The notes below the pieces were generated by a model. It searched no databases and was not told where the DNA came from. It saw nothing but the letters and a program-made list of their open reading frames with translations. This document shows, one piece after another, positions 29,622 through 40,502 of a stretch of 64,000 nucleotides of DNA. A program made the translations under genes and the position numbers. The first letter of the stretch is position 1. Each line of letters opens with the position of its first letter. Origin of the DNA: Terriglobia bacterium (GTDB lineage: Bacteria > Acidobacteriota > Terriglobia > 20CM-2-55-15); assembly GCA_965198225.1 (NCBI GenBank), contig CBDAOY010000009.1:1152001-1216000 (forward strand), given 5' to 3'.

Positions 29622-31148
29622 TCATTCCTGATTCGAAGGCTGACGCAGGTGCGGTCTTTGGAATGGTGCTCCGGGAATGAACTTGCCGGAGCCCGGCTGT
29701 GCGATCACCCGGCCGTTGTCGTAGACGACCTCACCTCGGCGAATCGTCGTCCTGGGAAAGCCGGTGACTTCCCAGCCGGCGTATGTCGAATACCCCACGT
29801 TGGAGAACTGGTCCTCATCGCGGATCGTCTTCTTCATGGCCGGATCCCAGATCACGATGTCGGCATCCGATCCGACCCGGATCGTGCCTTTCCGTGGATA
29901 CATGCCAAACAACTTTGCCGCGTTGGTTGCCGTTACCGCAACGAACTGCTCGAGGGTGATGCGCTCCTTCAAAACGCCCTCGGAGAAAAGCATCGGCAGA
30001 TATTCCTGGAGATTGCTCATCCCCATCCGCTTGTCGACGATAGTTTGCGTTGGATCCAGCTTTGCCTGTCTCGAATAGCCGGTGTGATCGGTGCCGATCG
30101 TGTGGATTGTCCCCTTCCGAATGCCTTCCCACAGCATGTCCTGGTCCCACTTCTCGCGGAGCGGGGGGCCCCCAAGGTACAGTCCGGCATCCGGCCGCTG
30201 ATACACGTCCTGCGTCAGGTGCAGGTACATGGGCCGCGTCTCGACGTACACCGGCAGGCCGCGGGCCATCGCATCTTCCGCCACTCTCAGCGCACGTCCG
30301 GATGACATGTGGAGGATGTAGATGGGCGAACCGGTCGCCTCCGCAATCGCCACCCCCCGCTGCACGGCAACTACCTCCGCGACGACCGGGGCGCTCTGGC
30401 CGAAGTTATGAATCGACCCGCGTCCCTCGGCCATGAGCCGCTCCTGGGCTTCGGCCATGATCGCGTAGTCCTCCGCATGCAGCATGCTCAACACACCTGC
30501 CGGGCCGGATGCCTTGAAGGTCTTGAACCAGGCCAGGGCGTTGAGATCGAACGACTCCCGGGCCAGGAAGTCCTCCCCGGTGCTGACAAAGCCCCGATCC
30601 GCCAGCTCGTCCAGCACCTCCCGCGTAAATCGGGCGGGATCGTCCCCGACGGTCACGTGTATGAAGAAGTCGGCCACCGCTGACTTTTCGATCCCGCCGA
30701 TGACCCGGGCGGCGTAGGCACTGACGTCCTCGCCCGGCCGCATGGGGATGAAATTGGAGATCGTGGTGGCACCGCCGGCGAATGCCGCAGCCGACCCGCT
30801 GACGTAATCGTCCTGGTTCCCCCTGGGTCGCGGCGGATCCGGCATCTCGGGGTTGAGATGCGTGTGTGTGTCGACGGCGCCCGGCAGGAGGAGCATGCCG
30901 CGGGCGTCGATCTCGCGCACTCCGGCAGTCGATGCGAGGTTTCTCCCGATCTCGGCGACCTGTTCACCCCGAATCCGGAGGTCGGCCTCCATCCGGCCTT
31001 CGGCTGTCACGATCAAGCCGTTACGAACGATGATCTCCTGCGGCTGTTGGGCCGCGGCAGGTCCTGCCAGCGCGAAGGCGATGCCCGTGATGCAGACGAG
31101 GGACCACTTCCAGGAACGACCCTGGCGCATTCCGTTCCACGTAACCAT
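29622..31148 (-). CDS. Dihydropyrimidinase/hydantoinase-like amidohydrolase, exported
   Basis: PGAVDTHTH, GGATT, LHAED, ILHMS, GTDH, PRKG.I..GSDADIVIWDP; signal peptide. Confidence 0.88.
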   Translation of the reverse strand: MVTWNGMRQGRSWKWSLVCITGIAFALAGPAAAQQPQEIIVRNGLIVTAEGRMEADLRIRGEQVAEIGRNLASTAGVREIDARGMLLLPGAVDTHTHLNPEMPDPPRPRGNQDDYVSGSAAAFAGGATTISNFIPMRPGEDVSAYAARVIGGIEKSAVADFFIHVTVGDDPARFTREVLDELADRGFVSTGEDFLARESFDLNALAWFKTFKASGPAGVLSMLHAEDYAIMAEAQERLMAEGRGSIHNFGQSAPVVAEVVAVQRGVAIAEATGSPIYILHMSSGRALRVAEDAMARGLPVYVETRPMYLHLTQDVYQRPDAGLYLGGPPLREKWDQDMLWEGIRKGTIHTIGTDHTGYSRQAKLDPTQTIVDKRMGMSNLQEYLPMLFSEGVLKERITLEQFVAVTATNAAKLFGMYPRKGTIRVGSDADIVIWDPAMKKTIRDEDQFSNVGYSTYAGWEVTGFPRTTIRRGEVVYDNGRVIAQPGSGKFIPGAPFQRPHLRQPSNQE

Positions 31149-31348
31149 CTTCGATGCTCCTTTCACCGCAGCGACGGAGAGGGCTTCCGACTGAAATCGT
31201 CGCCCGCTGGTTCTACTTCCGTTCGGAAAGGCAGTTTCCTGCCGCTCAGTTTCGCTGACTCGTCGCAAATTCCTTCAAAACGTGCTCCGCCAGAAACTCT
31301 CGAATGGCTGTCCAGCGTCGATTCATCTCTTCGGGGGGAAAGCCCCCG

Positions 31349-31435
31349 GTGAGGGCCATAGGCTACGTTGCCTCTCAAGCGTTCCTTCGCCTCGTTGGGG
31401 AAACTTGCGTGAATACTACGGCAGGAAGGGGTTGG
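31349..31435 (-). promoter_or_regulatory. Orphan copy of the kinase-gene leader, including start ATGGCCCTCAC
   Basis: Reverse complement aligns with 41599-41688 (CCAACCCCT.CCTGCCGTAGTATT.ACGCAAGTTT...GGCGA.GGA.CGC.TGAGAGGCA...ATGGCCCTCAC). Confidence 0.75.
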
Positions 31436-31528
31436 GGTCAACGAAGTCGCGGGTGAGCGGAACATAGCTCGAGGTCAACCAACAACCCGATTGACCCAGA
31501 TCCTCCTGTTTCGTATTCTCTAGCTGAC

Positions 31529-31721
31529 TTTTCCAAAAAATCGGCGAAGGAACGCCTGAGAGGCAGCTATGGCCCTCAGGGCAGGAACTCGACTCGGCCC
31601 CCTGCAAGTCCGCAACCAAATCGGCGGGCAGTATCGGAGAGTTCTATCGGGCCACCGACACCCACCTGGACCTGGAATCAAATTCTGCCCGAACAAGTTG
31701 GCCGACGTCCCGCAGCGCCGG
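31529..31721 (+). pseudogene. Leader plus degenerate 5' fragment of a Ser/Thr kinase gene
   Basis: MALRAGTRLGP...; other frames give GEFYRATDTHLD and LPEQ/LADVPQRR, matching the start of the kinase at 41678. Confidence 0.75.
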
Positions 31722-31787
31722 AGTGTTGTGCACAGATTCGAGATTGGTTTTGACCTTAAACACATTCTTTAGAACCAGGAGGATTTC

Positions 31788-32185
31788 ATGAAACCTGAAC
31801 CTGTCGATATTCGGGGAGCTATCGAAGAGGGAAACCGCGGATTTATGTCCACGTTCGCAGGTGGTGACACCGCCGCGATGGCGGCGCTGTACACCGAGAA
31901 CGGACAGCTATTTCCCAGCAACAGCCAGATCATCACCGGGCGGGAACCGATTGCCTCGTTCTGGCAGCAGGTGATGGACATGGGCATCAAGACGGCAATG
32001 GACAGCTCGAGACGCTCGAAGCAGAAGGCTTCGGGGACACCGCGTTTGAAGTCGGACACTACAAGCTGGGCGGAGCCTCTGGAGAAATCATGGACCAGGG
32101 CAAGTACGTTGTCATCTGGAAGAAGGAAGACGGAGGGTGGAAGTTACACCGGGACATCTGGAACACGAATTCGCCAGCCGGATAG
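31788..32185 (+). pseudogene. SnoaL/DUF4440 (NTF2-like) protein, frameshifted
   Basis: AIEEGNRGFM..FAGGD..AMAALYTENG; after a 5-nt insertion (ATGGA, about 31999) continues QLETLEAEGFGDTAFEVGHY...DQGKYVVIWKKEDGGWKLHRDIWN to TAG at 32185. Confidence 0.8.
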
Positions 32186-32187
32186 AG

Positions 32188-32207
32188 GCACTGTTACAGG
32201 TCACTAG
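32188..32207. repeat. Isolated right end of the MITE-like element
   Basis: GCACTGTTACAGGTCACTAG, identical to 8239-8258. Confidence 0.75.
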
Positions 32208-32213
32208 GCCGAT

Positions 32214-35200
32214 TCAGGCGCCGGCCGGCCTCGCGGCGGATTTCGCCGCTGATCCTTTCCCGGATGCGGCGCTCGGCAGCAAGGCGTAGGGGTCCTCTTT
32301 CAGCAGCTCCCAATCTTTGAGCGCCTGCTTGAAGTATGGCGTGAGCGGCTGATGGCCCGGAGTCTGCGTCCCTATCGGGAGGTGGGGGTTTGGGTTCAGG
32401 ATCTGAACAAAGTGCTGCAGGATGCAGTAGCAGGCGGTGACCTGTCCACACGCGACGAGATCGACCAGTTGGTTCTTGTTCAGCCAAAGGGTGGTCTGCA
32501 ACTCGGAGGCGCGCGTCGCCAGGTCGTGCATGGCCGTTGTGGGCTGCAACCACTCCAGCCACCTCGGTACCGGAACATCCGGCTTCTTGCCCGGATACTG
32601 GCCCTTCTTGTAGTCCTCCGCATACTGCTTGCTGTCCAGACCGGGTTTGCCCTCGGTAAGCGCGTATATTTCACACGCGACGGGAAGGTTCCTGCTGCCG
32701 TCGCTCAGCTCGTGGTCGACATCGGGGGCCAGAGTGATCGAATACATTTGCTCGTACACGAGCTTTCGGATGCGGTTGAGAAAGATCGTGCTGGTCAACG
32801 CCCAGGTCGATCCGATCCGGAGGCTGATCATCCTGATGACATCGTTCAGGCGGAGACGCTTCAGGGACCGCCAGCCGTGGGGTACCTGGTTGGATATTTT
32901 AGCGAACAATTTCCCGGTCTGGAGTCGAAACCAGAGCAATGCCGCCAGGACGGTTCCGACCAGCGCGAGCGGAATCAGGTACAGAAAGACGGCCTCGGCA
33001 TCGCCGATCAGGGTCCCGAGCGACGGTCCTCGAAAGATAGCGTGGACGATGACCACGGCCGCGGTGAGGAACGACAGCCCGAACAGGAGCCACAACAGGG
33101 CTCTCAATCCTCCGATCGTCACCTGACCGGTCCAGCGCCGGATCCTGTCGGCGAAAGACATCGACTCCGGTTCCGGATCGTAGATGTCGTTGGACACGAA
33201 TGGGGCGTCGGAAACGATGAGCAACGCAATATCGACAGCATCGTGGAGCCGGTGAAGATTTACGAGATCCTCATTGGGGGGGTGCTTAAGATCCTGGTTC
33301 GCCCTCAGCGCACCGTCGACACCCTGGTTGTCGATGATGCCTCCATCCATCAGGGCGACCGAGTCGACCTTGCATTTGCCGCTCAGATGCGATTGGACGT
33401 TCGCGAGCGCTTCCGCGGTGGGCCAGACGAAATCCGACGGAAAGATCATTGGTTCCAGGCCTACCGGAATGTCGGACGATGTGGCGACGATGTCGGCCAT
33501 ACGTAGTGCCCCGGCATGCTGGGGCTCGATCCAGATTCTTTGGTTGCCGATCGGCCATTGGGTGCCGCTCGGCCATAGACTGTGGCCGTTTCCACTGTTC
33601 TCGCTCGCAACGCTCTGAAAACGAAAAGCTATACCGTTCCGGCAATCGGTCGCGTTGAAGATGATGTTCTCGAGGTGGGTCTTCTTCCCGTTGTCGAGGA
33701 TCGTCTCGAAGCGGGCGCCGTTCATGAAGCGCGGGTCCTCGTTGTAGACATCGGCGAGGGCCTTGACGATCGTTGGGCTTTTCGACGGGGTCCCGGGAGG
33801 TTTCGCCGCCAGTCTGTCCAAAGCACGCCGGACCAGATGTGCATCGCCCAAAAAACTGTGGAACTTGTCGAAGAAGTGCTGAAAGGTCGTGTGGCGATCC
33901 TCGCCCTCGGGCGCCTGTTTGAGCGCCAGTGCGTATCGGGCCGCGGTGAAGGTCCCTCCCGACACGCTCGACAACGTATACTGAAGAATGTCCAGGTGGT
34001 CTAGGAGCCTGTCGGCAATAAGGTTATTGAAGGATGCAAGGCGGCGTATTGGATGAAGAGGCGGCGAAAAGAGTCACAGACAATCCAAATGGAGCGGAGA
34101 CAGCCTGTATGTTGTCTGTAGAAGCTGCTTTCCAAGAACCCTGGACCTTGATTCATGCTGCCGACATCTGTATCACCCCGTCCCGCGCGATACAGTTTCA
34201 ATAGATTGTGTGTCAGGCACACCAGCGTCCACTCTGCCTGCACGTTCTCCAGTCCGCGGAGACTGAACCGGCGGAAGTGCCGGCATTCCTTGATCTGTCC
34301 GAATACCGGTTCCACAATCGCCTTGCGCATCTTGTAAACCGCCCGGCCGGCCTCGCTTTGGAGTTTCTGTCTCATTTGCTGCAGAAGGTCACCTTCATCC
34401 GATACCTGGATGGGTGCGGCCGATGCGCCATGTTTATCCCTGCCTGTCGCCACGTGCAGGTCGATGCCTTCAACCCGCTTGTCGGCGACTTGCTCCGGGC
34501 TCCAATAGCCGGTATCGGCACTGCACGCCACCGGGGAGGCTCCCGTATTCTGCTTCACCTGTTCCAACATCGGTGCCAGTTGTTGTTTGTCGTTGCTCTG
34601 CTGCGTGATGTTGGCGGCCACGATGATCTGTGCTTCGCTATCCACGGCAATCTGTGCATTGTAGGCCTGTACGAAGCTGCCTTTGTGCGCCCCGTCGGGC
34701 ATGATCCGGCTGTCCGGGTCCGTGAAGTTCCGTTGCGCCTTTGGTTCCGGCACCGCCTGCTCGGGATCGGGAACCTGCGGTGGGCGTCCCGGAGTCTTCC
34801 GACCTGTCTCAGCCTCCTTCTGGAGCCGTTCGGCGGTTCGGGCTTCCGCGGCCGCCTTCGTCTCCTCGGCCTTCTGCTGGGCTTCGGCTTCCAGTGCCGC
34901 CTTCGCCTCCCGGATCTTCTTCAGCCGACTTTCACGCCGGGCCAACTCGTCGGGAACTTGTCGGCCTGTCCTCGCCGTTCCTTCTCATCCTCGGCCGCAT
35001 CCGCCGCTTCGGCCTGCCGGAGCAACTCTTCCACTTCGGCCTTCAACTTCTCCTCGGATTCACACATCCGACCGTAACTCATCGCCTTGTGTTTGCTTGC
35101 GTTCCCCTGCACCTTGCTCCCGTCCACCGCCACATGCCCCAGTTTCACCAGCCCCGCCTTCTGGCACAATTGCAGCGCTTGCAGGAACAGTCCCGCCAGT

Positions 35201-35732
35201 GCTCCCAAATGCCGCTTCCGAAACTCGCTCACCGTGCTGTGATCCGGATGGGAATCCGCACTCAGGTACCGAAACGCCACATCCTCGTACGTCCGCTTCT
35301 CGATCTGCCGCGAGCTGACCACTCCGGTGCAATAGCCATAAATCAACAACCGCACCATCATCAATGGTACGCCGCCTGCCCCCTCCCGTCCTTCTCCTCG
35401 TAGGACCGGTAGAATGCCGAAAGATCCAACGTGTCCACCAAATCCACCACGAATCGCGCCAGGTGATTCTCCGGTAGCCAGTCGTGTAACGACGGCGGCA
35501 TCAACAGCCCTGGTCCAGATCGTCGATCAGAAAGCATTTCATAATGCCTCTTTCTACCAATCTCTTCAGCCATCTCAGGTCCGGACTGCTCTTCCGATCC
35601 GTGAATCTATTCCCGACAGGCTCCTAGGTAGGACAGGGTCCCCAGGTGGAATCCCGCCGCGCGCCCGCCGCCGCCCGAGAGCGTCAGGGCGATCTTACTG
35701 CTGAAGATATCGGTAGCCACAGGCCCTTCCAT
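32214..35732 (-). pseudogene. Membrane-anchored patatin-like phospholipase split by IS1182 (5' part 35624-35732, 3' part 32214-34004)
   Basis: Removing the IS and one CTAG restores an in-frame MEGPVATDIFSSKIALTLSGGGGRAAGFHLGTLSYL/DHLDILQYTLSSVSGG...DGGIIDNQG; two TM helices in the C-terminal half. Confidence 0.88.
34005..35623 (-). mobile_element. IS1182-family element A (transposase frameshifted)
   Basis: TIR GAGCCTGTCGG(C/G)AATA; CTAG duplicated at 34001-34004 and 35624-35627; transposase fragments LLMPPSLHDWLPENH, VAVDGSKV, NFTDPDSRIM, YNAQ, VEPVFGQIK. Confidence 0.93.
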
Positions 35733-35851
35733 ACCGGTAGATCATAGCGCTAAGCCTGCCCACGGCAACAGTCCCTCCGGCTGACGATCGATCGTTCGTG
35801 CCGCCCATCGCAGAATCGCCCACGTGCCGGTATCGCCATCAGGATGGTCGC

Positions 35852-36117
35852 TAGTGGCCTGTAACAGAGATAGTGACAGCGTCGCCGATGGGCCTTGCGG
35901 ATCCCCTCACGAGTCATTGCAGCACGAAAAACGCCGGTGTCCTAGCTCATCTGCGTGGCTGGCAAGACCCATCGTCCCTTCGGGTTGCGGCAGAACAGCA
36001 CCGTCTTCGTTGTCGCGCCTTCTCGCAATGAAGCGGCATTACCTCGGGCGGCTCTCCTAGAATCCGGTACCGTTGCGCTCGCAACGCCACTATCACTCTC
36101 TCTGTTACAGGCCACTA
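35852..36117. mobile_element. MITE-like hairpin element, copy 2 (with nested extra hairpin)
   Basis: TAGTGGCCTGTAACAGAGA...TCTCTGTTACAGGCCACTA; core CCGTCTTCG.TGTCG...CTCGCAATGAA...CTCGGGCG...CTCCTAGAATCCG shared with copy 1. Confidence 0.78.
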
Positions 36118-36118
36118 G

Positions 36119-37651
36119 GAGTCTGCGCGGCAGAAGGACCGGAATTGGGCGGATAAAGATCGAAGATATGTCATGGCACGAACCTATCGGACTTATAGCC
36201 CAGAACAAACACTGCTGATGCCACCGTCGTTGAGAGATTGGTTGGCCGAAGATCACCTGTCGTACTTCATATCGGACGCGGTGGACGCGATGGATTTGAG
36301 CGCGTTCGAACAGCGGTATGGAACCGAGGGTCCGGGCAATCAGGCGTTTGATCCGCGGATGATGGTGAAGGTGCTGATTTATGGGTACGCGACCGGAGTG
36401 TTCTCGTCCAGGAAGATCGCGGCGAAGTTGACCGACGACGTAGCGTTCCGGATGTTGGGAGCGGAGAACTTTCCGGCGCACCGAACGATCTCGGATTTTC
36501 GCAAACTGCATCTTGAGGAGTTCGGAAACTGTTTGTGCAAGTGGTGATGATGGCGCGGGAAGCGGGACTGGTGAAGATGGGAACCGTGGCGGTGGACGGG
36601 ACCAAGATGCGGGCGAATGCAAGCAAACGCAAAGCGATGAGCTACGAACGCATGAAAAAGCAGGAGACCGAATTGGGTGAACAGATTCGGGATCTGTTGA
36701 ACCGGGCCGAGGCGACCGATGAGGACGAAGACGAGCGATACGGCAAGGACCGGCGCGGAGACGAACTGCCCGACGGGTTGGCCACGCGCAAGAATCGCCT
36801 GGCCACGATACAGGCGGCCATGAAGCGGCTCGAAGAACGTCAGATTCGGACAAGGAAGCGGGACGGAACACCAAAGATCACAAACCCGGATGCGGAAAGA
36901 AGCCATTCAAACGTCCCATGGGGGAACCTAAACCCACGGCCCAGGACAACTTCACCGACCCGGAAAGCCGGATGATGAAGACCTCCACCGAAGGGTTCCA
37001 GCAATGCTACAACGCGCAAGCGGTGGTGGATTCCCAGGCCCGGATCATCGTGGCAACAACGGTGACTGACAATGCATCGGATGTGGGGCAGTTGGAACCC
37101 ACGCTGGATGCGTTGAGCGACAATCTGGGGGAGCGTCCCGACCGCGTGCTGGCCGATGCGGGATATCGATCCGAGTCAAATCTGGGGATGTTGGAACAAC
37201 GTCAGATTGACGGGTATGTTGCGATGGGTCGCGAGAAGGATCTCGCCCGTGCCCCACTCCCACCCAAAGACACCGCTGTTGGTCGGATAGATGAGAAAGA
37301 TGAAAACCAAGCGTGGGCGTGACCGCTACCGGGCCCGAAAGCACATTGGTGAGCCGCCCTTCGGGTGGATCAAGTCGGTGCTCGGATTCCGACAGTTCAG
37401 TCTACGCGGTTTGGACAAAGTGACCGGGGAGTGGAATCTGGTCACTCTGGCGGTGAACTTACGACGGATGAACGGGAAGATCGAATGGGCATAATCCGGA
37501 AAACCGCAACCCGGCAGACCCGATACACGGCCAATTACGGGTGTCCGTACAACTCTGAACTCGTCGTATCGGAAGAATCGGTCGATTCTCCTCCGAAGAC
37601 CCTCTCAAATCCCAATCAGTCCGAGTTCTTTGCGCTCTGCCGCGCAGACTC
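36119..37651 (+). mobile_element. IS1182-family element B (transposase frameshifted)
   Basis: TIR GAGTCTGCGCGGCAGA; CTAG at 36115-36118 and 37652-37655; fragments LMPPSLRDWL, AVDGTKMRANAS, NFTDPESR, EPPFGWIK. Confidence 0.93.
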
Positions 37652-38018
37652 CTAGGTCACTATTGTCCTTCGAGGCTTCTATAGCGGAGCGCCCAAGGAT
37701 CCGCGCGGACTCTTCGGTGAACGATCCCCTCGCGCTGCCAGCCTGTTAGCACGACGGCCCGGGGATCTTTCAGCGCCCCAACGTCAGAAACGGGCCCGTG
37801 AAGTCGCTGACGTGGTGAGTAAATTGCAGGCGAAGCGCATGTTGCGAGAATGTGCCGTCGGGTGCATAAGCGCGAGCTGGAATCACCGTCAGGACGGGTT
37901 ATCGAGCCCTTGCAGCCGATCGGGAGGAGAAAGGCGAGTTCCCGACGGGCTAGAGACCGCCATCGGTTTGGGCAGTGACGCCGCAGAGCTGGTTTCAAGC
38001 CCGCCAAGAGCTCGTTAC

Positions 38019-39328
38019 GAGGTTCCGTCAATAAGTGTGTAAATAGACATCAGGCGGCTTTCTCCTCGGTGACTTGGTTGACTGGAACTCCTGACATATT
38101 GGGCGCCTTGGTAGACATCCTTCATCAAGTGCGGAGCCTTCAAACGGCGAAATCGTATCTCAGCGACCAGCAGCATCTTCCAGATGACAGCCCGTGCGTT
38201 GGCCACTTTCTTGAACCTTCGAGAGGCATCGGTTCGCAGTCGCAGAGCAGAGAAGGGAGACTCCACTGGATTGGTAGTCCGCAGATGTTGCCACTGCTGT
38301 TTGGGATAGTTGTAAAACGTCACCATCCGATCCCAGTCCTGGTCGATCAGATCAGCCGCAGCCTCCAGTCCTCTCTTGCCACACCAATGTTGGAATCGTC
38401 CTTTGACTTGCTCGGCTTCCGCCGTGTTTCTGCATAAGGGATCTGCCGCAACATCAACAACGCCGCTTTGTGCCGACCCTTGGGGATCTTAGCCAGCAAG
38501 TTGACGATGCGATGATTCCAGCATCTCTGCTCGAACGGCTTCTGGGAAAACGTTGCGCAACGGATCCCCAGATGCCCGTATCACCATCATCCCCCGCTCT
38601 TTGAGATCCCTCAGCGGACCAGCTGGGTCGATTCTCGATAACCACTACTGACCGACACCACCACTTTAGTGCCATCACTTAAAGCGGCGATCACTACCAG
38701 GTGCCTTTTCCTTCTCCAGTGCTTTGATGTACACACCGTGATACACCACTTCCAATCGTCCAGCCGACGGCTTTGCCAGGCCTCCATTTCTCCCTGCCAC
38801 TTCTCCTTCAACCGGGCTACGGTGCTGGGGGACAGCGGCGCTTCTTCCCCTAAAAGCCCTCTTAAGGCCAGATCGAAATCCCCCTCGGCCAGACCATGCA
38901 AATAGAGTTCTGGAATCAAGTCTCGTACCTCTTGCGTCCGCTTGGCAAACAGCGGCAAGACCCGGCTCTCAAAACGCTCTTCCAGATCCCGCACTCGGGG
39001 ACGCCGCAGCTTGATCGTTCCGCAACTCAGCGTCAGTCGCCGCTCCTTACCGTAGCCGTTGCGATAGCCACCGGCCGCGTCCACTTCTCGGCGACGCTCA
39101 TTCTTTCGCCGTCCCAGCAGCTGTGTCACTTCATCCTCCAACAGTTCCTGTACGTAAAACTGGATCTGCTCTCGCACCCACTCTCGCAGACTCTTGACTC
39201 CACACTTCGATCAAGCTTCTTGCTCATGGCGGCTGACTCCTTCCTTTCGGGCTCTTCCGCCCGGGTTTTTATTTCACCCGGAAGATAATCACCGCCTATG
39301 CTATTTACACACCTTTTGAGGGTAGCTC
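38019..39328 (-). mobile_element. IS256-family element (transposase degraded)
   Basis: Imperfect 28-bp TIR GAG....C.TCAA.A.GTGTGTAAATAG; 8-bp target duplication CTCGTTAC (38011-38018, 39329-39336); YRNGYGK, RPRVRD, HLRTTNPVES. Confidence 0.9.
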
Positions 39329-39362
39329 CTCGTTACGAGGAGCTGAGCTGGAAAAGCTATAC

Positions 39363-39911
39363 CTATACGTAGCACACTTCCTTAATCAGGAGCTCAGGGT
39401 TGCCCATCTTGACGGTTGTCAGACCGGCCCCGGTGAGGGTTATGTGTTCGATTGTATCCTTCTGCGTCGTGATGGCAGCCCCCACTTGATTGCCATTACC
39501 GGCATAGTAGGTGATGTCTATCGGATCGGGCCCTGCCTGAATTATGTGAAGGTCAATGCGCCTCGCGGGAACCGGTACAGTTACGATAACTGAGCCCCTA
39601 TCCTCGACCATTTCCAGGAAGTGCGTTCCGGGGTAGGTTGGCCACGGACTGATCCTTGCCCCCCCGCTATAGAAAAGATCGAACTGTATCGTATTGACGG
39701 TAATACTGGATCCTGACGGGAACTGAGTGCCGAGCGCATAGCCAGAAAAATTAGCGCATACAGCAAAGGGTGGGGGCATATGTGAATGATGCAGTAATCC
39801 CAGAAGCTCTCTCACCGTCAGTTCCCCGACTTGTTTTCCCAATTCGATGGTGGGAGGCTCCCCTTGCTCATCAACTAATTGAACTGTGTAATCGTCTCTT
39901 TTTTTTGACAT
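39363..39911 (-). CDS. Hypothetical protein (beta-rich, lower GC)
   Basis: 182 aa ORF with a strong AAGGAGGA RBS; no recognisable family. Confidence 0.65.
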   Translation of the reverse strand: MSKKRDDYTVQLVDEQGEPPTIELGKQVGELTVRELLGLLHHSHMPPPFAVCANFSGYALGTQFPSGSSITVNTIQFDLFYSGGARISPWPTYPGTHFLEMVEDRGSVIVTVPVPARRIDLHIIQAGPDPIDITYYAGNGNQVGAAITTQKDTIEHITLTGAGLTTVKMGNPELLIKEVCYV

Positions 39912-40089
39912 GATCTGTCCTCCTTACGTTGCTCTTCCACTCGCCTGAAGCACGCTACGGTCCCAATCTCGACCCACCCAAGGACCGACTCGCAGGGCGG
40001 AGGCAACTTGGCTGGGAACAATAGGATGCGTCTAGGCGAGCGGTCTTGTGAGGTCAGCGGCGACCCTACCGTAGCGGAGTGGATTTGGA

Positions 40090-40494
40090 TAGGCGGCTAT
40101 CCCGAGAGATAGGGTTTTTCGCGGGGCGAACTGGTTGCGGAATCACGAGATATCATCGACGTGACTTTGAGTGCCCTTCTCTGGCCCTCCATCGTCTTCC
40201 TGCTCTCGGCAAACTCCGGCTCATCGACAGTCACCCCGCGCGACATTCAGAAACTCGGCACCAGGAAGAGCGAGCCCGCTCCGTCGGGATGTGCTGTATC
40301 TGATCGACTTCAGATTCCCAGCGGGGTCCGGTTTCCACGGCTCTCGACATGCGGCCGCCAGCTTCGTCAACGAACAGACCGACAATCTCAAACTCACGCG
40401 ACATTTCCTCGGTCGTGCGAACTTGAGCCCCACTGCGGACCGGGTACACGCACGCATTGCTGAAGCCGGAAGGGCCGCTTCCGAGCGATTCTAA
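40090..40494 (+). pseudogene. Tyrosine integrase remnant
   Basis: HRLPALGKLRL / VTPRDIQ (SAM-like domain) and LRRDVLY...GFHGSRHAAASFVNEQTDNLKL...FLGRANLSPTAD (box II with LGH to LGR and catalytic Tyr lost); start approximate. Confidence 0.75.
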
Positions 40495-40502
40495 ATACAT
40501 CT

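Noticed and set aside
34005-37651. Composite transposon formed by the two IS1182 elements
   Set aside because: Different TIRs, and each has its own CTAG duplication, indicating independent insertions
37660-38031. 123-aa ORF between the IS elements
   Set aside because: Starts inside the IS256 end, has no recognisable motifs and atypical composition
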